Shown here: in pieces, positions 37,688-51,136 of the stretch | Layout of the letters: each line of letters opens with the position of its first letter | How positions within the stretch are numbered: the first letter of the stretch is position 1 | Source: Octopus vulgaris | Taxonomy: Eukaryota | DNA: 64,000 nucleotides | Assembly (NCBI GenBank): GCA_951406725.2 | Contig: OX597831.1 | Coordinates: 23,250,001 to 23,314,000 of the forward strand | Direction of reading: 5' to 3' | Position numbers and translations under genes: made by a program | Notes under the pieces: model-generated | The model's database searches: none | Seen by the model: only the letters and a program-made list of their open reading frames with translations | Told to the model about the DNA's origin: nothing

Positions 37688-39161
37688 TAGCTGAAGGTGA
37701 CCCGCTCTACGCGCGGGTAAGAGTGTGGTTGTTACTTTCTGTTGCTTCCTTTCAGCACGTAAAAAGCACCATGCGAACGTGGCGGATTGCAGCGCTGCCT
37801 TGACTGGCTTCTGTGCTGGTGGCATGTAAAAAGCACCAACCGATCGTGGCCGCTGCAAGCCCCTGGCACCTGTGCAGGCGGCACGAAAAAGCACCCACTA
37901 CGCTCACAGAGTGGTTGGCGTTAGGAAGGGCATCCACCTGTCGAAACACTGCCAGATCAGACTGGAGCCTGGTGCAGCCTCCTGGCTTCCCAGACCCCTG
38001 TCAAACTGTCCAACCCGTGCTAGCACGGAAAACGGACGTTAAACGATGGTGATGATGATGATGATGATGATTCTCCCTCTTTGTTTCTTTCTCCTTTCTC
38101 TCTCACTTTCCCACTCTCTTACTCTTCCTTTCTCTCGGACTCTCCCTCGCTTTCTCTTACTCTCTATCTTTATGTATCTCTCTCCCATTTATAAACAACA
38201 AAAGATCTTGAGTAAGTTGAGAAATAAAATATTTAGAAAGATCAATCATAAATATCAGGCAGTTACAAAGGAAAGGTCTGCTTCAAGACAGACAGCAAAA
38301 CACTAACATTTAAAAGGGACAGACGAACTTACGAGCTGAATAAAAATAATAAAATATTGGAAACCAAAGTTTGAAGGGATAGAATTTGAGGATAGTAGAG
38401 TCACCATGGCTGGCATTTCTTAACGACGGACAGCAACGTATTGACAGTTCAACGGCTGGCGTAAAAGTTTGAACTTGATGTAAAAGAAAATCCCTAAAAA
38501 CCAAGTTTTGACTTGATTCTTTCTCACGACAGTAGACTCACGATGGCAAGCATTGAAAACTTCTTCATCATGGACGGCAACACATTGACGATTAAAAGGC
38601 TGGAGCAAATTTTTTAGCTTGATGTAACAGAGAATTGCTAAACACCCGCTCCTTTAAATTTTAATCCCCTTCCAGCCCCATTTATACCCCTTTTCACCTT
38701 TTGGTTAATATAACCCGATTTAATTTGGGTCTACTGGGGCCACATTTTATAAGATGAGGACACAACCAAGTTTCCCAAGTTCTGGTCATAGACCATAGAA
38801 CACTCAACCAAGTTTCCCGATTTCTGGTCATAGACCATAGAACAGTCAAGCAAGTTTCCCGAGTTCTGGTCATAGACCATAGAACACTCAACCAAGTTTC
38901 CCGAGTTCTGGTCATTTGCAGAATAAATAGAGACGGCGGAGGTGGCAGACGTCGTTGCAATGTAAACATGATTTGTTATAAGAGAAAGATTGTCCAGATT
39001 GTGTGTTGGTGGTGTTGGTGGTGGCGATGATAATTATCATTAGGAAAAAGAGTGAGTGAGTGAGGAAGACATACATAAGTTGTGGCGATGATAATTGTAA
39101 ACCCCTTTTCACATTTTGATGAAGAGAACCCGATTTCATTCGGGTGTACTGGGGCTACATA

Positions 39162-39218
<57 letters not shown>

Positions 39219-39323
39219 ACGCTGTAGAAATTAAATTAGAGATAAAACCACTAATAGGGAAATGAAACAGTAAAAAACCAAAAGCAAAAACATAAAAATA
39301 AAAATATAATATTAGATATATGA

Positions 39324-39366
<43 letters not shown>

Positions 39367-39783
39367 GACAGGTAGACAATAGAATGCGATGGCGATGGGG
39401 ATGGCGAGTAATATTTGTTACTGTCCATGAACGCTGAGAGATACATGAGTAAAATGTATAGGAAGGTAAGAGATAGAGTGAGTGAAAATGTTCTTGGAAG
39501 AGAGTAAAGAGCTACAGAGTGATTTGAGGAAGACTTAACATTAAATAACGGTAGTTGCATTGTCAAATGAAGAGGAGTGACAGAGTACTGGAGGAAATAG
39601 GGTGAGGTAGGAAGATGGCCCCTAGAAACTACAGCTTTTAAGATAGGGATTTCTAAGGTAGCCCACGCGCATCGTCACCTCATTCTACATGTCCGTGTAA
39701 ATTTTGGAGCGAATCGGACGGGATGTAGTGGCATTGAAAGCGAACCAAGCGGTAAAAAGGCATTTCAGTTTTATATATAGAGA
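37687..39783 (-). mobile_element. ~2.1-kb composite non-autonomous Helitron with a family D insert (37753-38070)
   Basis: Minus 5' end A|TCTCTATATATAAAACTGAAATG at 39783; 3' hairpin CCCGCGCGTAGAGCGGG plus CTAG|T at 37687. Confidence 0.65.
38763..38915. repeat. 42-bp minisatellite, 3.6 copies
   Basis: Unit CAACCAAGTTTCCCGAGTTCTGGTCATAGACCATAGAACACT. Confidence 0.95.
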
Positions 39784-39964
39784 TATATATATATGTGTGT
39801 GTATGTGTATATATATATATAGATATATGTTTATACATATATATAAATATAGATATGTGTATATATATATATATATATAGATATATGTATGTGTATATAT
39901 ACAGATATATGTATGTGTGTGTATATATGTATATAAATATATATTTACAACACACACACATATG

Positions 39965-40863
39965 TATCTGGTTCGATTGATAAGTACCCGGACTTTTGCC
40001 ATAGTAACAAGGCTAAAATACCCAAAGTGAAGCTGCTTGGCACAGATTGACCTTGAACTCTGCTGTGTAAGTGCACTAAGTTTTAACATTCTAGCTCACT
40101 TTGGCTGATTACAGCAGTGCTTGGAAGGAACGTGTGTAGCATGTTATCATCGCATTGACTATGACAGAGAAAGCTGACTAGAGAATCTGCATCGAATATT
40201 GCCACAATCTTGGCAACATCTGCTCAGAGTCCTATGCAAAGTTTTCAAAAAGTTTTCATTGTTCTCGACACAATCAAGATCTTGTGCAACTGAAACGAAA
40301 CCCAAGTGTGTCTTTTTGATCAGCTGAAAGTGGTTTTGGTACAAACTTGGCAGATACGTGTCTCATACCCAAATCTTCATTGATAATGGACTGAACTGAA
40401 CCGTAACTAATCTGCATATCCTCTGATAACTCACAGATTGTGATTCAATGATTTCCCCACACCGCTGCATGCACATCTGCAATGTTTTTCTCAGTTCTGC
40501 TGGTTGCAGGTCTTCCAGAACGTTCATCAATATCGACATTTTTTCAGCCATCTTGGAAACATTTAAACCACTCATACACTTGGGTGTGGCTCATGCACTC
40601 CTCCTCTCCATACACTTTCTGTAACTTTGTGTAAGCACCTGAGCAGGTATCACCATGACAAGTTTCTGTGTTATGGTCACTGTGACGACCACACGTTACA
40701 CACCTTCCTTCCAAGCACTGCTGTGAACAGCAGAAGTGAGCTAGAACATTGAAACTTAGTACACATGCACAGTAGAGTTCAAGGTCAATTTAAACCAAGC
40801 AACTTTACTCTGCATGCTTTAGCTTTGTTACTATGGCAACACTCTGGCTCCTTATTGATCAGA
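39965..40863. mobile_element. Mariner fold-back derivative made of two inverted 5' ends
   Basis: Left arm reads MTEKAD*RICIEYCHNLG; right arm (minus) reads MSHTQVYEWFKCFQDG*KNVDIDERSGRP...LGMRHVSAKFVPKPL; the arms are reverse complements over ~230 bp. Confidence 0.85.
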
Positions 40864-41172
40864 AAGCAGAGTATTGTAATCATTCGTCTTTGTTTGTTTG
40901 ACTGTATACTTGCAAAGTTCCTGGGAAACAGCTGAATAGATTTTCACCAAATTTTGCTGAAATACTCATTGGGAGAGTGGCACAAAATGATGAAAATTTG
41001 GTTCAATAATCTTGAAACATACCTAAATAAATACATAGATATGTAACTATTTACAGGGTTGGGTGCCTTTCCATAGTTCAGGAATGAAATTTGCTTAAGG
41101 GGGCAAACACAGGTCCAAGATTGTTTTACAGAGTAATATTCTTTCCTTTTGTTCTTTGTGTATGTGTATCTT

Positions 41173-41223
<51 letters not shown>

Positions 41224-41358
41224 AAACAGAGCATTGGGAAAATTGTTTTGCATTATTAATGCACCATTACACATGTTTCATTTGCTAATAGGAGTTACAA
41301 AATTGTACTTATGGTAGAAAGCATTTAAGATGTCTCCTATTAGAAGACTAAGAATCAG

Positions 41359-41647
41359 ATAATGTAAAATCTACATTCGGCTGAAGCTGTTATATATAGT
41401 CCCATAGATAACTGGAGGGGAGAATAAAGAAAAAGAATAGTCATATAAAAAAAAGATATGAAAAGAAGATATAGAGATAGATGTAATAAACAAATGCATA
41501 TACATGTGTATGCCTATAAGTATATTTATATACACTATATGTGTATGCATAAATATATTTATATACATGTGTGTGTATGTATATATATATATATATATAT
41601 ATATGTATTTACGCACACACACGCACATCCTCACATATATGTATGCG

Positions 41648-41695
<48 letters not shown>

Positions 41696-41890
41696 CACAC
41701 ACATGTATATGTGTTTGAGTGTATATAAATATATTTATATGCATACACATGTATATGCATTTGTTTATTACATGTATCTCTATATCTTCTTTTCATATCT
41801 TTTTTTTATATGACTATTCTTTTTCTTTATTCTCCCCTCCAGTTATCTATGGGACTATATATAACAGCTTCAGCCGAATGTAAATTTTAC

Positions 41891-41895
<5 letters not shown>
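41359..41895. repeat. Near-perfect inverted duplication (~178-bp arms) around a (TA)/(CA) spacer
   Basis: 41359-41536 versus 41719-41895, only a few mismatches. Confidence 0.95.
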
Positions 41896-41926
<31 letters not shown>

Positions 41927-41935
41927 CATAATATA

Positions 41936-41970
<35 letters not shown>

Positions 41971-42115
41971 TACACATATACACATTAACTCTTATTTACA
42001 AATCAATGAAAATATACAAGGTTAGCTCTTCAGATCACTAAGAATGTTGTGGTTATATCAATACTTCAATTCTAGGGTTATATATATATATGTGTGTATA
42101 TATATAAACTTTTTA

Positions 42116-42159
<44 letters not shown>

Positions 42160-42656
42160 CCACTCTGCTGGGTGGTTGGTGTTATGATGGAAATGCAGCT
42201 GTAAAAACCCTGCCACACATACATAAAAGGCTTATACCTGGCAGGATACTGTCAACCCATCCAACCCATGCCAGCATAGAAGGTGGGCGTTAAACGATGA
42301 TGATGATGAGGATACACACACATGAAAATAATATTTAAAAAAATCATATTAAAAAAATGCTAAAATCTTATTGGTGGCTGTTTGAGCAAAGCAAGCGATG
42401 CTATCTTGACAATTCTCTGTCTACAAATCACCTTGTAGCTTGATACTTTTGAAGGCATATGAAATGAACAATTGGCTTACTTGAAAAACAGATAAGGGCT
42501 GGCCTCAGGAGAAACATCTGGCTGAAAACTAATACCTCAATAAATCTTCGTTCTAGTTATGTTAGCATGAAAAAAGAACAGACATTAGCTGAAAGTATGG
42601 TGTAAATATGTATGTGTATGTGTATATGTATACATATATATTTTATAAATACATTC

Positions 42657-42885
42657 ACTCACATATATACACACATGCGAAGGCTTGCTGAAAAGTTTCT
42701 GGTAAAAGAAAAGACAAGAGGATTAGTGAATTATGAGTTTATTCAACATATTCCCCTCTCAGATTCACACACTTATTGCAATGGTCCTTCAGTTTTGCTA
42801 AGCCCCATTAAAGAACTCAGAAGATTGGGCCTCAAACTAGTCTTATTGCAGTACCCTTAAAGCCAAGAATTTTTCAGCACTCCCT
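42657..42885. mobile_element. Mariner-type MITE
   Basis: Reverse complement of 52721-53187 without its SINE; termini CGA.GG..TGCTGAAAAGT. Confidence 0.75.
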
Positions 42886-42944
42886 AATTCACACACATAT
42901 TAGAAGTAGTTGATGGCTTTTGTTACCTAGAAAATGTAAGAAAT

Positions 42945-43580
42945 TAAGGAAGCGGTTGCTCCAACCATATAATAAGCTGAGTAAGAAAGGGTTGGTGAAA
43001 GTTTAAGGAGCTACTGCTACTGTTGCCAATAAAGGGCTTTTCTTTTAGAGTGAAGGCCAGTTTGTGCAATATTATACGAGAACTGCTATCCTGCAGGGTA
43101 GTGAGATATGGGCTTTGACTGCAGAGGGCTAGAGAAGACTTGAAAGAAATGAAGTTAGCTTACTCCGTTAGATGTGCAATTTAAATGCAGTATAAATGTA
43201 CCAAGAGAAAAACTGGGTATAAGAGGAATCAGATGTAATATGCAAGAAAGTAGATTGCACTGGTAGACTTGTGATGTGTATGAATGAAGACATGATGATT
43301 GCTAAATGTGGTTGGAGCTTGAGTAAGAGGGAGACCCAGGAAGATGTGATGAAGTGTTGAAGGCTGATCTCTGAACCTTGGGCCTCAGATAAAGATGACA
43401 AATGACTAGGATATTTGGTGATATGAGGTTCTTGAAAAGACTCATCCATCTCTTTGAAACTCATTTTGAAGCACTAAATGCATGTCTATGAACAAATGTC
43501 CTTGGAACTATCTGAATCTGTCAAACTGTCCAACCCATGCTGTTGTAGAACATGGATGTTAAGTGATGATCATGATGATG
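42945..43580 (+). mobile_element. RTE-clade LINE 3' remnant
   Basis: Degenerate RVRKGW*KFKELL...RTAILQGSEIWAL...RRLERNEVSLLR*MC...REKLGIRGI....SRLHW...RGRPRK, then GTCCAACCCATGC...GTTAAGTGATGAT tail. Confidence 0.8.
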
Positions 43581-43779
43581 TTGATGGTTGTGGAAGTGGT
43601 GAGGATTTATCTCCCTGCTTGTGATATAAACAAGAGTGTTTCTCTCACGGTACCTACAACAGTATAGCTTGTTCTAACAGAGCATCCATATTTAAGTGGG
43701 GATAAATATTACATTTAAATATTAACATCGTGTTTTACATTTCCTGAGAGGAAAATCTAGTTCACTAACACACAGTTGA

Positions 43780-43976
<197 letters not shown>

Positions 43977-44079
43977 ACATACAAATAAATTCATAAAGGA
44001 AATCCTCTTTCTTCACTCCTTTCTTCTCCTTTTCCACAGCATCATCACCATCATTATTATCTTTATATTACTATTATTA

Positions 44080-44162
<83 letters not shown>

Positions 44163-44584
44163 AAGAAAGCATTATGCCAACTTTTATTTGTCAGTTGTCA
44201 TAAATCAAAGTTATCATTTTTCTGAGTGTTTTTTTTATATTTCTTTTTATTTTCTTTTTCTTTTCTTTTCATTTCATTTATTTCTTTAGTTGTATTTTTA
44301 GCATTTCACATTTTCGAATTTTATTTCACACGATATATTCCGCATGACATTGAACATTGTGAAAAATAAATGGCAGAAAACAAAAATCCACTTTCTACCA
44401 CCACTACCACCACCAACACCACCACCACCATCACCGCAACCACACTGGGCCAACTCTATGGAGAGTAAATAAATTTGATGTTTCATAAGGAATGGATTGG
44501 CATTTCAGCAAATGTTTGATTGTAATAATTCTTCCCACCTCTTTCCACATCAACTTTTATCTGTGTATTTAATGCTTATTATTA

Positions 44585-44699
<115 letters not shown>

Positions 44700-45650
44700 T
44701 TCTACTACTGTTATTATTTATCTCTATTTATTATTAGTATTATTAAGTTTTTTTTTGGCGGAGAGGGGGTGAAATTCTGTGGCTGTTTCTGGTGAATAAA
44801 TAAAATATTTCATAAGGAATGGATCGGCATTTCACCAAACGGTTGATCAGAACAGAAAAGAAGAACCCACCGCTCCTACTCTATCAGAACTTTTAGAAAG
44901 CCCGTCTACCTCCCCAACCACCAGCACCAGCACCACCACTACCTCTATCACCTCTTTTCTAACCTGCTCCCCACCGCTTCTATAATATCTGAAAGTCATT
45001 TGAAACAATAGTGTCCCTTTATTGATTACCTTAATGTTGGCTTTGTTTTGGGTTTTTTCTTTTCTTAGGCTAATTCTGATTCAATTCCTTTCATCAAAGG
45101 AAACTTTTGTTATAGTTGTTGTTGCTTTTGTTGTAATTGCTGGGGGTTTTCTGTGAAGACAAATTATATTTTAAATATTTTTTTTTATTAAAAAAAAATA
45201 TCCTTTTTCTTCTTCTTCTTCTTGTTAAATTATTTTTGTTGCTGTTGTTGATACTGTTTAAAATGTTGAAGTCTAAACTTATATATATATTACATGCATG
45301 TATGTCTCTCTCTCTTCTTTATATATATATATGTATATATATATCGGTGTGTGTGTGTGTGTATGGGTATGTATATATTTGTCATCCTTAAGTGTATATT
45401 TTGTGTTACTGATTTTAGTTTTTCATTAGTTGTTATTATTGTTGTTGTTGTTGTTGTTGTTGCTGTTGCTCTTGTTATCATTTTTGAGGAGAGTATTAAT
45501 AATTTCAGACTAGAAATGAACATTCACATAAAACAAAAATATTAGATAAAAAAGACAAATAAAATTGAGCATATATATATATACACACACACACACACAT
45601 ATATATACTCACATATATATAGACACATATATATACACACATATATATAC

Positions 45651-45713
<63 letters not shown>

Positions 45714-45716
45714 CAC

Positions 45717-45762
<46 letters not shown>

Positions 45763-47563
45763 ATATATATATATGCATATGTGTATATATATATATGAGA
45801 AAATGGCTGGCACAACAAAGATTTCAGAAATTATAAAACTGGGATCTATTAGTGTAACATCAATAAGGTTTGCCTTTTAAACACACCGGTTATTTTGGAA
45901 AGGGAATGGCAAATAAAAAGGTGGAGTAGATTGAAATAACGAAAATAGGACAACAATTGCAACAAAAACAAGAATAATAAACAACATTAGCAACATGAAC
46001 TACGATGTTAGGAGATTTTTAAATACAGAAGAGCATTTCAGTTGTGTTCCTCGTTACGTTGTGTGATGAAAGCAAACAATAAGGCATTTACCTTTTCTTC
46101 ATATTTTCAGATTATCAATATATGTGTGTGTGTGGGTGGGTGTGTGCTCTGGCATGTGTGTGTGTATGTGAGTGTATGTGTGTGCATGCATGTGTGTTAT
46201 GTATGTATATTTGTATTTGTGTATATGTTTTTTTTGTTATATATCTCTCTCTTTCTGTATGTTATGTATATGTGTATGTCTTCTCTCTCTCTGTCTCTCT
46301 CTCTCTGTCTCTCTAAATATATATATATATATATATAAATATATATATATAGCATGTGCTTATATATATATATATGTATATGTTTACATATATGTATATA
46401 TATATATGTATATGTTAACATATATGTATGTATATATATATATATATATGTATATCTATATATGTTTATATATATATGTATATGTATGTATATATATATG
46501 TGTGTATGTATGTATGTATATATGTATATATGCATATATATCTATGTGTGTGTGTGCATGTGTACAATATGCACATGTCAGTGTCTATATACATATATAT
46601 CATACATCATATACAGTATATATGTGTGTGCATATGTGAATATGTGTGTTATGTATATGTATATATATATGTATTTATGCATAAATATAATCATAAAACT
46701 AACAAATATTTCCTGCCCGATACCATGTGTTAAAAAACCTCTGATAACTTTATTATAGCTAAACTATAGATTTTAAGCCTTTCAATACAGAACATTAAAC
46801 AATTCTGAATACAACTTGGTTTATTTATCACACAGAAAAAAAAAAATAAAGGAGATCACCCTAATAGGCTTTACAGGTCACTGACCACAGATAAGAGGAC
46901 AAGATATCTTGCCACTATTCTGCCTACAAAGAGAGCTTAAGTGAACATCAGCATGATTTTCCTGTCATCTTCATCAACATTTCCAAACCATTGATCTGCT
47001 AGCATTATCATTATTCAAACCATTTCTATTACACCACAATAATGTAACCCACAAAATGATACGTGGAATTTAGTTATTCCTTTCATGTGAGTTCAATTCC
47101 TTATGGAATCGAATTTGTCTTGCATCATTCAAGCTTGCTTGCTTTATGTGCTTGCTTGATGAGGATGGGGGGGGGTGGGTCATCCTAGGTTACTGGTCTA
47201 ACAGATATCATCATGCATAGAGCTGACCAGGTCCACTGGTGCTCTCCATTGGCTCTGATCCCAGAGCTTTCCGTGAGGCCTCTTCCTGCCTGCAGCTGCT
47301 GTATCAGATGTGAGCAAATCCCTCACATCATTCAAGGGTTCTATAGCATAAACCATATTAATATGGACCATATTTGTTAGATTACAACTCATTAATTCAA
47401 AATTTATATCCTGTTGATTATACAAAAGTGATCGGTGTGGGGATATAGTAGAAGACACTTGCCAAGGGTGGGTGCCATGCACTTGGATTGAATCCAGATC
47501 CATGTGGTTGGGAAGCAAGCTTCTTCCCCCCCCCTGCCCCCACCTGCTCATAAGTGTTTTATA

Positions 47564-48612
47564 CAAGTACCGAACCTCTTATTTGGTAACCTCGGAACCA
47601 GAGGTGGTCTGAATTTCTGGATTTTCTAGATTTCTGGACACAGGCTAAAAATATACCGAAAACATAAATGTTCTTTCTGTTTCCTGATATCATAGACAGT
47701 AGACATGTTTGTTCCTTCTCGAGCCATGCCTGGCTCATAAGGACCAGTTTCCACATGGATGGGATGCCAGTCCATTGCAGGTGAGCTGTAAAATGCAGGA
47801 GGAAAGAGTGAGAGAAAGTTGTGGTGAAAGAGTCAGCAGAGGTTCGCCATTACCTTCTGCCAGAGCCATGTGGAGCTTAGGTGTTTCTCTCATAAACACA
47901 CATATTGCCTGGTCTGAAATTTGAACCTGTGATCCCTTGACCGCGAGTCCACTGCTCTAACCACTAGGCCATGTGGCACCACGACAGTAGACATACCAAC
48001 ACCATATTCCTCACTCAAAATTTGTGCGGAAGCACCTTTATTGAGTCTCTTAAGTAACTTTACTTTCTTCACTATGCTGAGCATTAAATGTTTTCTTTTC
48101 AGGTTTCCACTAACAAGCTGCCCATGTGCTGGCCTTTTGGATATGATGATAAATAAAAATTATGATAAATTAAGACAAATAACTAAACTGTGAGAGAAGG
48201 GTGTCCACACAGCAGCTGTCACACAGGAAATGGCATCATGTGACATATGCACCACAGAAATCAAAATAAAGCAACAGCATGGTGAACTTCAAAAATTCAA
48301 AAATCAAAAAATTTCAAAAATTCATAATTCAAAAAAATTCAAGAATTCAAAAATTCAAAATTCAAAAATATTCAAATTCAAAATTCAAAAAATTCAAAAA
48401 TTCAAAATTCAAAAAAATTCAAAAATTCAAAATTCAAAAATATTCACAAATTCAAAAATTCAAAATTCAAAAAATTCAAAAATTCAAAATTCAAAAAAAT
48501 TCAAAAATTTTCAAAAATTCAAAAATTCAAAAAAACCCCCACAAAATGCAAAGCTTGCTAGATTTCTGGTAATTCTGGATTTCTGGATTATGGATAAGAT
48601 ATTTGGAACTTG
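47564..48612 (-). mobile_element. Tigger/pogo-family deleted transposon with CENP-B-type HTH remnant, SINE insert and TTCAAAA(A) array
   Basis: TA-flanked inverted termini CAAGT(A/T)CC; KRKHLMLSIVKKVKLLKRLNKGASAQILSEEYGVGMSTV|YDIRKQK is split by a SINE (47707-47982) with TSD GACAGTAGACAT. Confidence 0.85.
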
Positions 48613-49110
48613 TATACAAATTAACCCTCATCAAACATACTTTGAATGAAAGACAGCAACCCTTAGACATCTCATCATCATCATCATTTAACGTCCGTTT
48701 TCCATACTGGCATGGGTTCAACGGTTTGGCAGGAGCTGACCAGCACAAGGGCTATTCAAGCTCCATGTCTATTTTGATATGGTTCTATGGCTAGATTCCC
48801 TTCCTGACATCGACCAATTTACAGTGTACTGGGTGCCTTTACGTAGCACCAGCACTGGTGCTATTTACATGGAACCAGCATATATGAGCCCACAAGATCA
48901 GGGATGCTCAGGCTGGAGAGGGTGGCAAGGGAGGAGCCTGCATGCTTTTACTTAGCTTGAGCTGTCTTTTCAAACACTGCAAACTGCCAGGAGTCTGATC
49001 TTTGTATTTTCTGAACAAGAACTATATTATTCCATTGGATGGATCTGGCCCTTTCTTTTTTTGTTTTTTATTTATTTTTCTTTATGGTGGAAGTAAGAAA
49101 TTTGAGGTAT

Positions 49111-49288
49111 ATATTTCTTTACTACCCACAAGGGGCTAAACTCAGAGGGGACAAACAAGGACAGACAAAGCGATTAAGTCTCGATTCCATCGACCCCAGT
49201 GCGTAACTGGTACTTAATTTATCGACCCCGAAAGGATGAAAGGCAAAGTCGACCTTGGCGGAATTTGAACTCAGAACGTAACGGCAGA
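49111..49288 (-). mobile_element. SINE family E, 5'-truncated
   Basis: Homologous to the array units; GAGGTATAT occurs on both sides. Confidence 0.85.
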
Positions 49289-49441
49289 GGTATATTTGAC
49301 TCCTTTCTTCAGCGTAATGACTGACCACTTTGAAATTCTTTGGTTACTAAGCAACAAAATTATCGAAATGAATTCAGTTATTTTAACTGAACTGGAGTGT
49401 TGGATATGAATTTTTGTTTTTATTTTGGTGTCTGTGTATGC

Positions 49442-49476
<35 letters not shown>

Positions 49477-49859
49477 TGTGTGTGTGAGTATGTCTGTGTG
49501 TGTGAGTGAGGAACAGAGATGAAAGTAAGTTGACCCATTTTTATTCAGTGTTGTTGCCTAAAGTAATGCTACAGTTCTTCCCAACATCTTTTGATTCTCA
49601 AGCAAATTTTTGAAAACGTTGACCTGATCTGCATATAGTGGTTAATCAAAGAATTTTATTAATTAATTTATTCATTTATTTATTTATTCATTTATTTATT
49701 TTTACCTGTGTAAAATGTAATTGTATGACCTACATTGGCAGATAATGCATTTTCCATATCATTTTTTATTCAATAAGTAGATTCTCATATCTAGCTTTTG
49801 AGCCTTCTGCTTCTTACTATACTTGCAATATTCTGGATATTAGAGTCATATTTTGCAAT

Positions 49860-50175
49860 ATTAGAGCGTCGAACTTACGATCGTGAAGTTGTGAGTTCGA
49901 TTCCTGGACCGGGCTGCATGTTGTGTTTTTGAGCAAGACACTTTATTTCACATTGCTCCACTTCACTCAGCTGTAGAAATGAGTTGTGACATCACTGGTG
50001 CCAAGCTGTATCGGCCCCTTTACCTTTCCCTTGGGTAACACTGGTGGCATGGGGAGGAGAGGCTGGTATGTATGGATGACTGCTGGTCTTCCATCAACAA
50101 TCTTGCTCGGACTTGTGCCTCAGAGGGTAACTTTGTAGGTGCAATCCCATGGTCATTCATGATCGAAGGGGGTGC
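49860..50175 (+). mobile_element. SINE family B
   Basis: Homologous to 29637-29972. Confidence 0.85.
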
Positions 50176-50719
50176 TTGATTACTCTCAAAAAATAATTGC
50201 ATGGTATTGAACACAGAATTGAAGAATTTGAGGAATGCTTTCAGATAAAAGAGTCAAAGCTTCTCATCAGGTTTTTCTTCACATGTTATATGTCATGCTT
50301 CACCAGATTATGGTCCTCTTCTATTCTGGGGATGTGCATACTCTATTCTGTTACTTGTGTCAGTCATCTGACAGCAGCCATACTGGAGCACCACTTTTAG
50401 TTGCACAAATCGACTCCAGGAGTAAGCCTAGTACTTACATTATCAGTCTCTTTTGCTGAGCCGTTAAGTTGCAGGGATATAAACACACCAACATCGGTTG
50501 TCAAGCGATGGTGAGGGGACAAACACAGACATAAATACATACATATCATAGGTGCAGGAGTGGCTGTGTGGTAAGAAGATACCTTTCCAACCACATAGTT
50601 CCAAGTTCAGTCCTGCTGAGTGGCACCCTAGGCAAGCATCTTCTAATATATCCTCCATTAAATATTGGTGCCAATAAATATTGGTGCCAATAAATATTGG
50701 GAAAAGAATTTGTGATGCA

Positions 50720-51136
50720 CAATACCACATTCCTAGGGGTAACACTTGTGGCAAGTCTTTCAGATTGCTCATCGTCTTCCCGAGATGTTCTTCAGATTTT
50801 GAAGTGCCCATGTTATCTGAATCATAGTGTACGACCCATTGTGTCATCGCCTTACACTTACCAAAGCATGCTCAATGTCTCTGTAGCAGACTTCCCAAGT
50901 TTAATATAAAATTTGATATTGGCTCTTTGTTCCTGTCCATGATAAAATCACAGACAACAGCATACACATGATCACAAAAATACATATTTCACAACCTGCG
51001 AAGTAAATACAGCAATGTCACTCAGCACGCTGCCTCATGAAGATCACTGTTAGCTCTCACTCTGCACATAACTATGTGCTGCCATCTGTTGGCATGCTAC
51101 AGAGCTAGTCTGGGAATTTTCCGATACCATCTTGTA
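50720..51136 (-). mobile_element. Mariner 5' remnant
   Basis: Minus strand EQRANIKFYIKLGKSATETLSML...EDDEQSER; terminus ends in TA. Confidence 0.8.

Noticed and set aside
38763-38915. CRISPR-like regular repeats
   Set aside because: Contiguous 42-bp units with no unique spacers, no cas genes, eukaryotic context.
48230-48649. 139-aa K/I/Q/N-rich ORF
   Set aside because: Translation of the TTCAAAA array.
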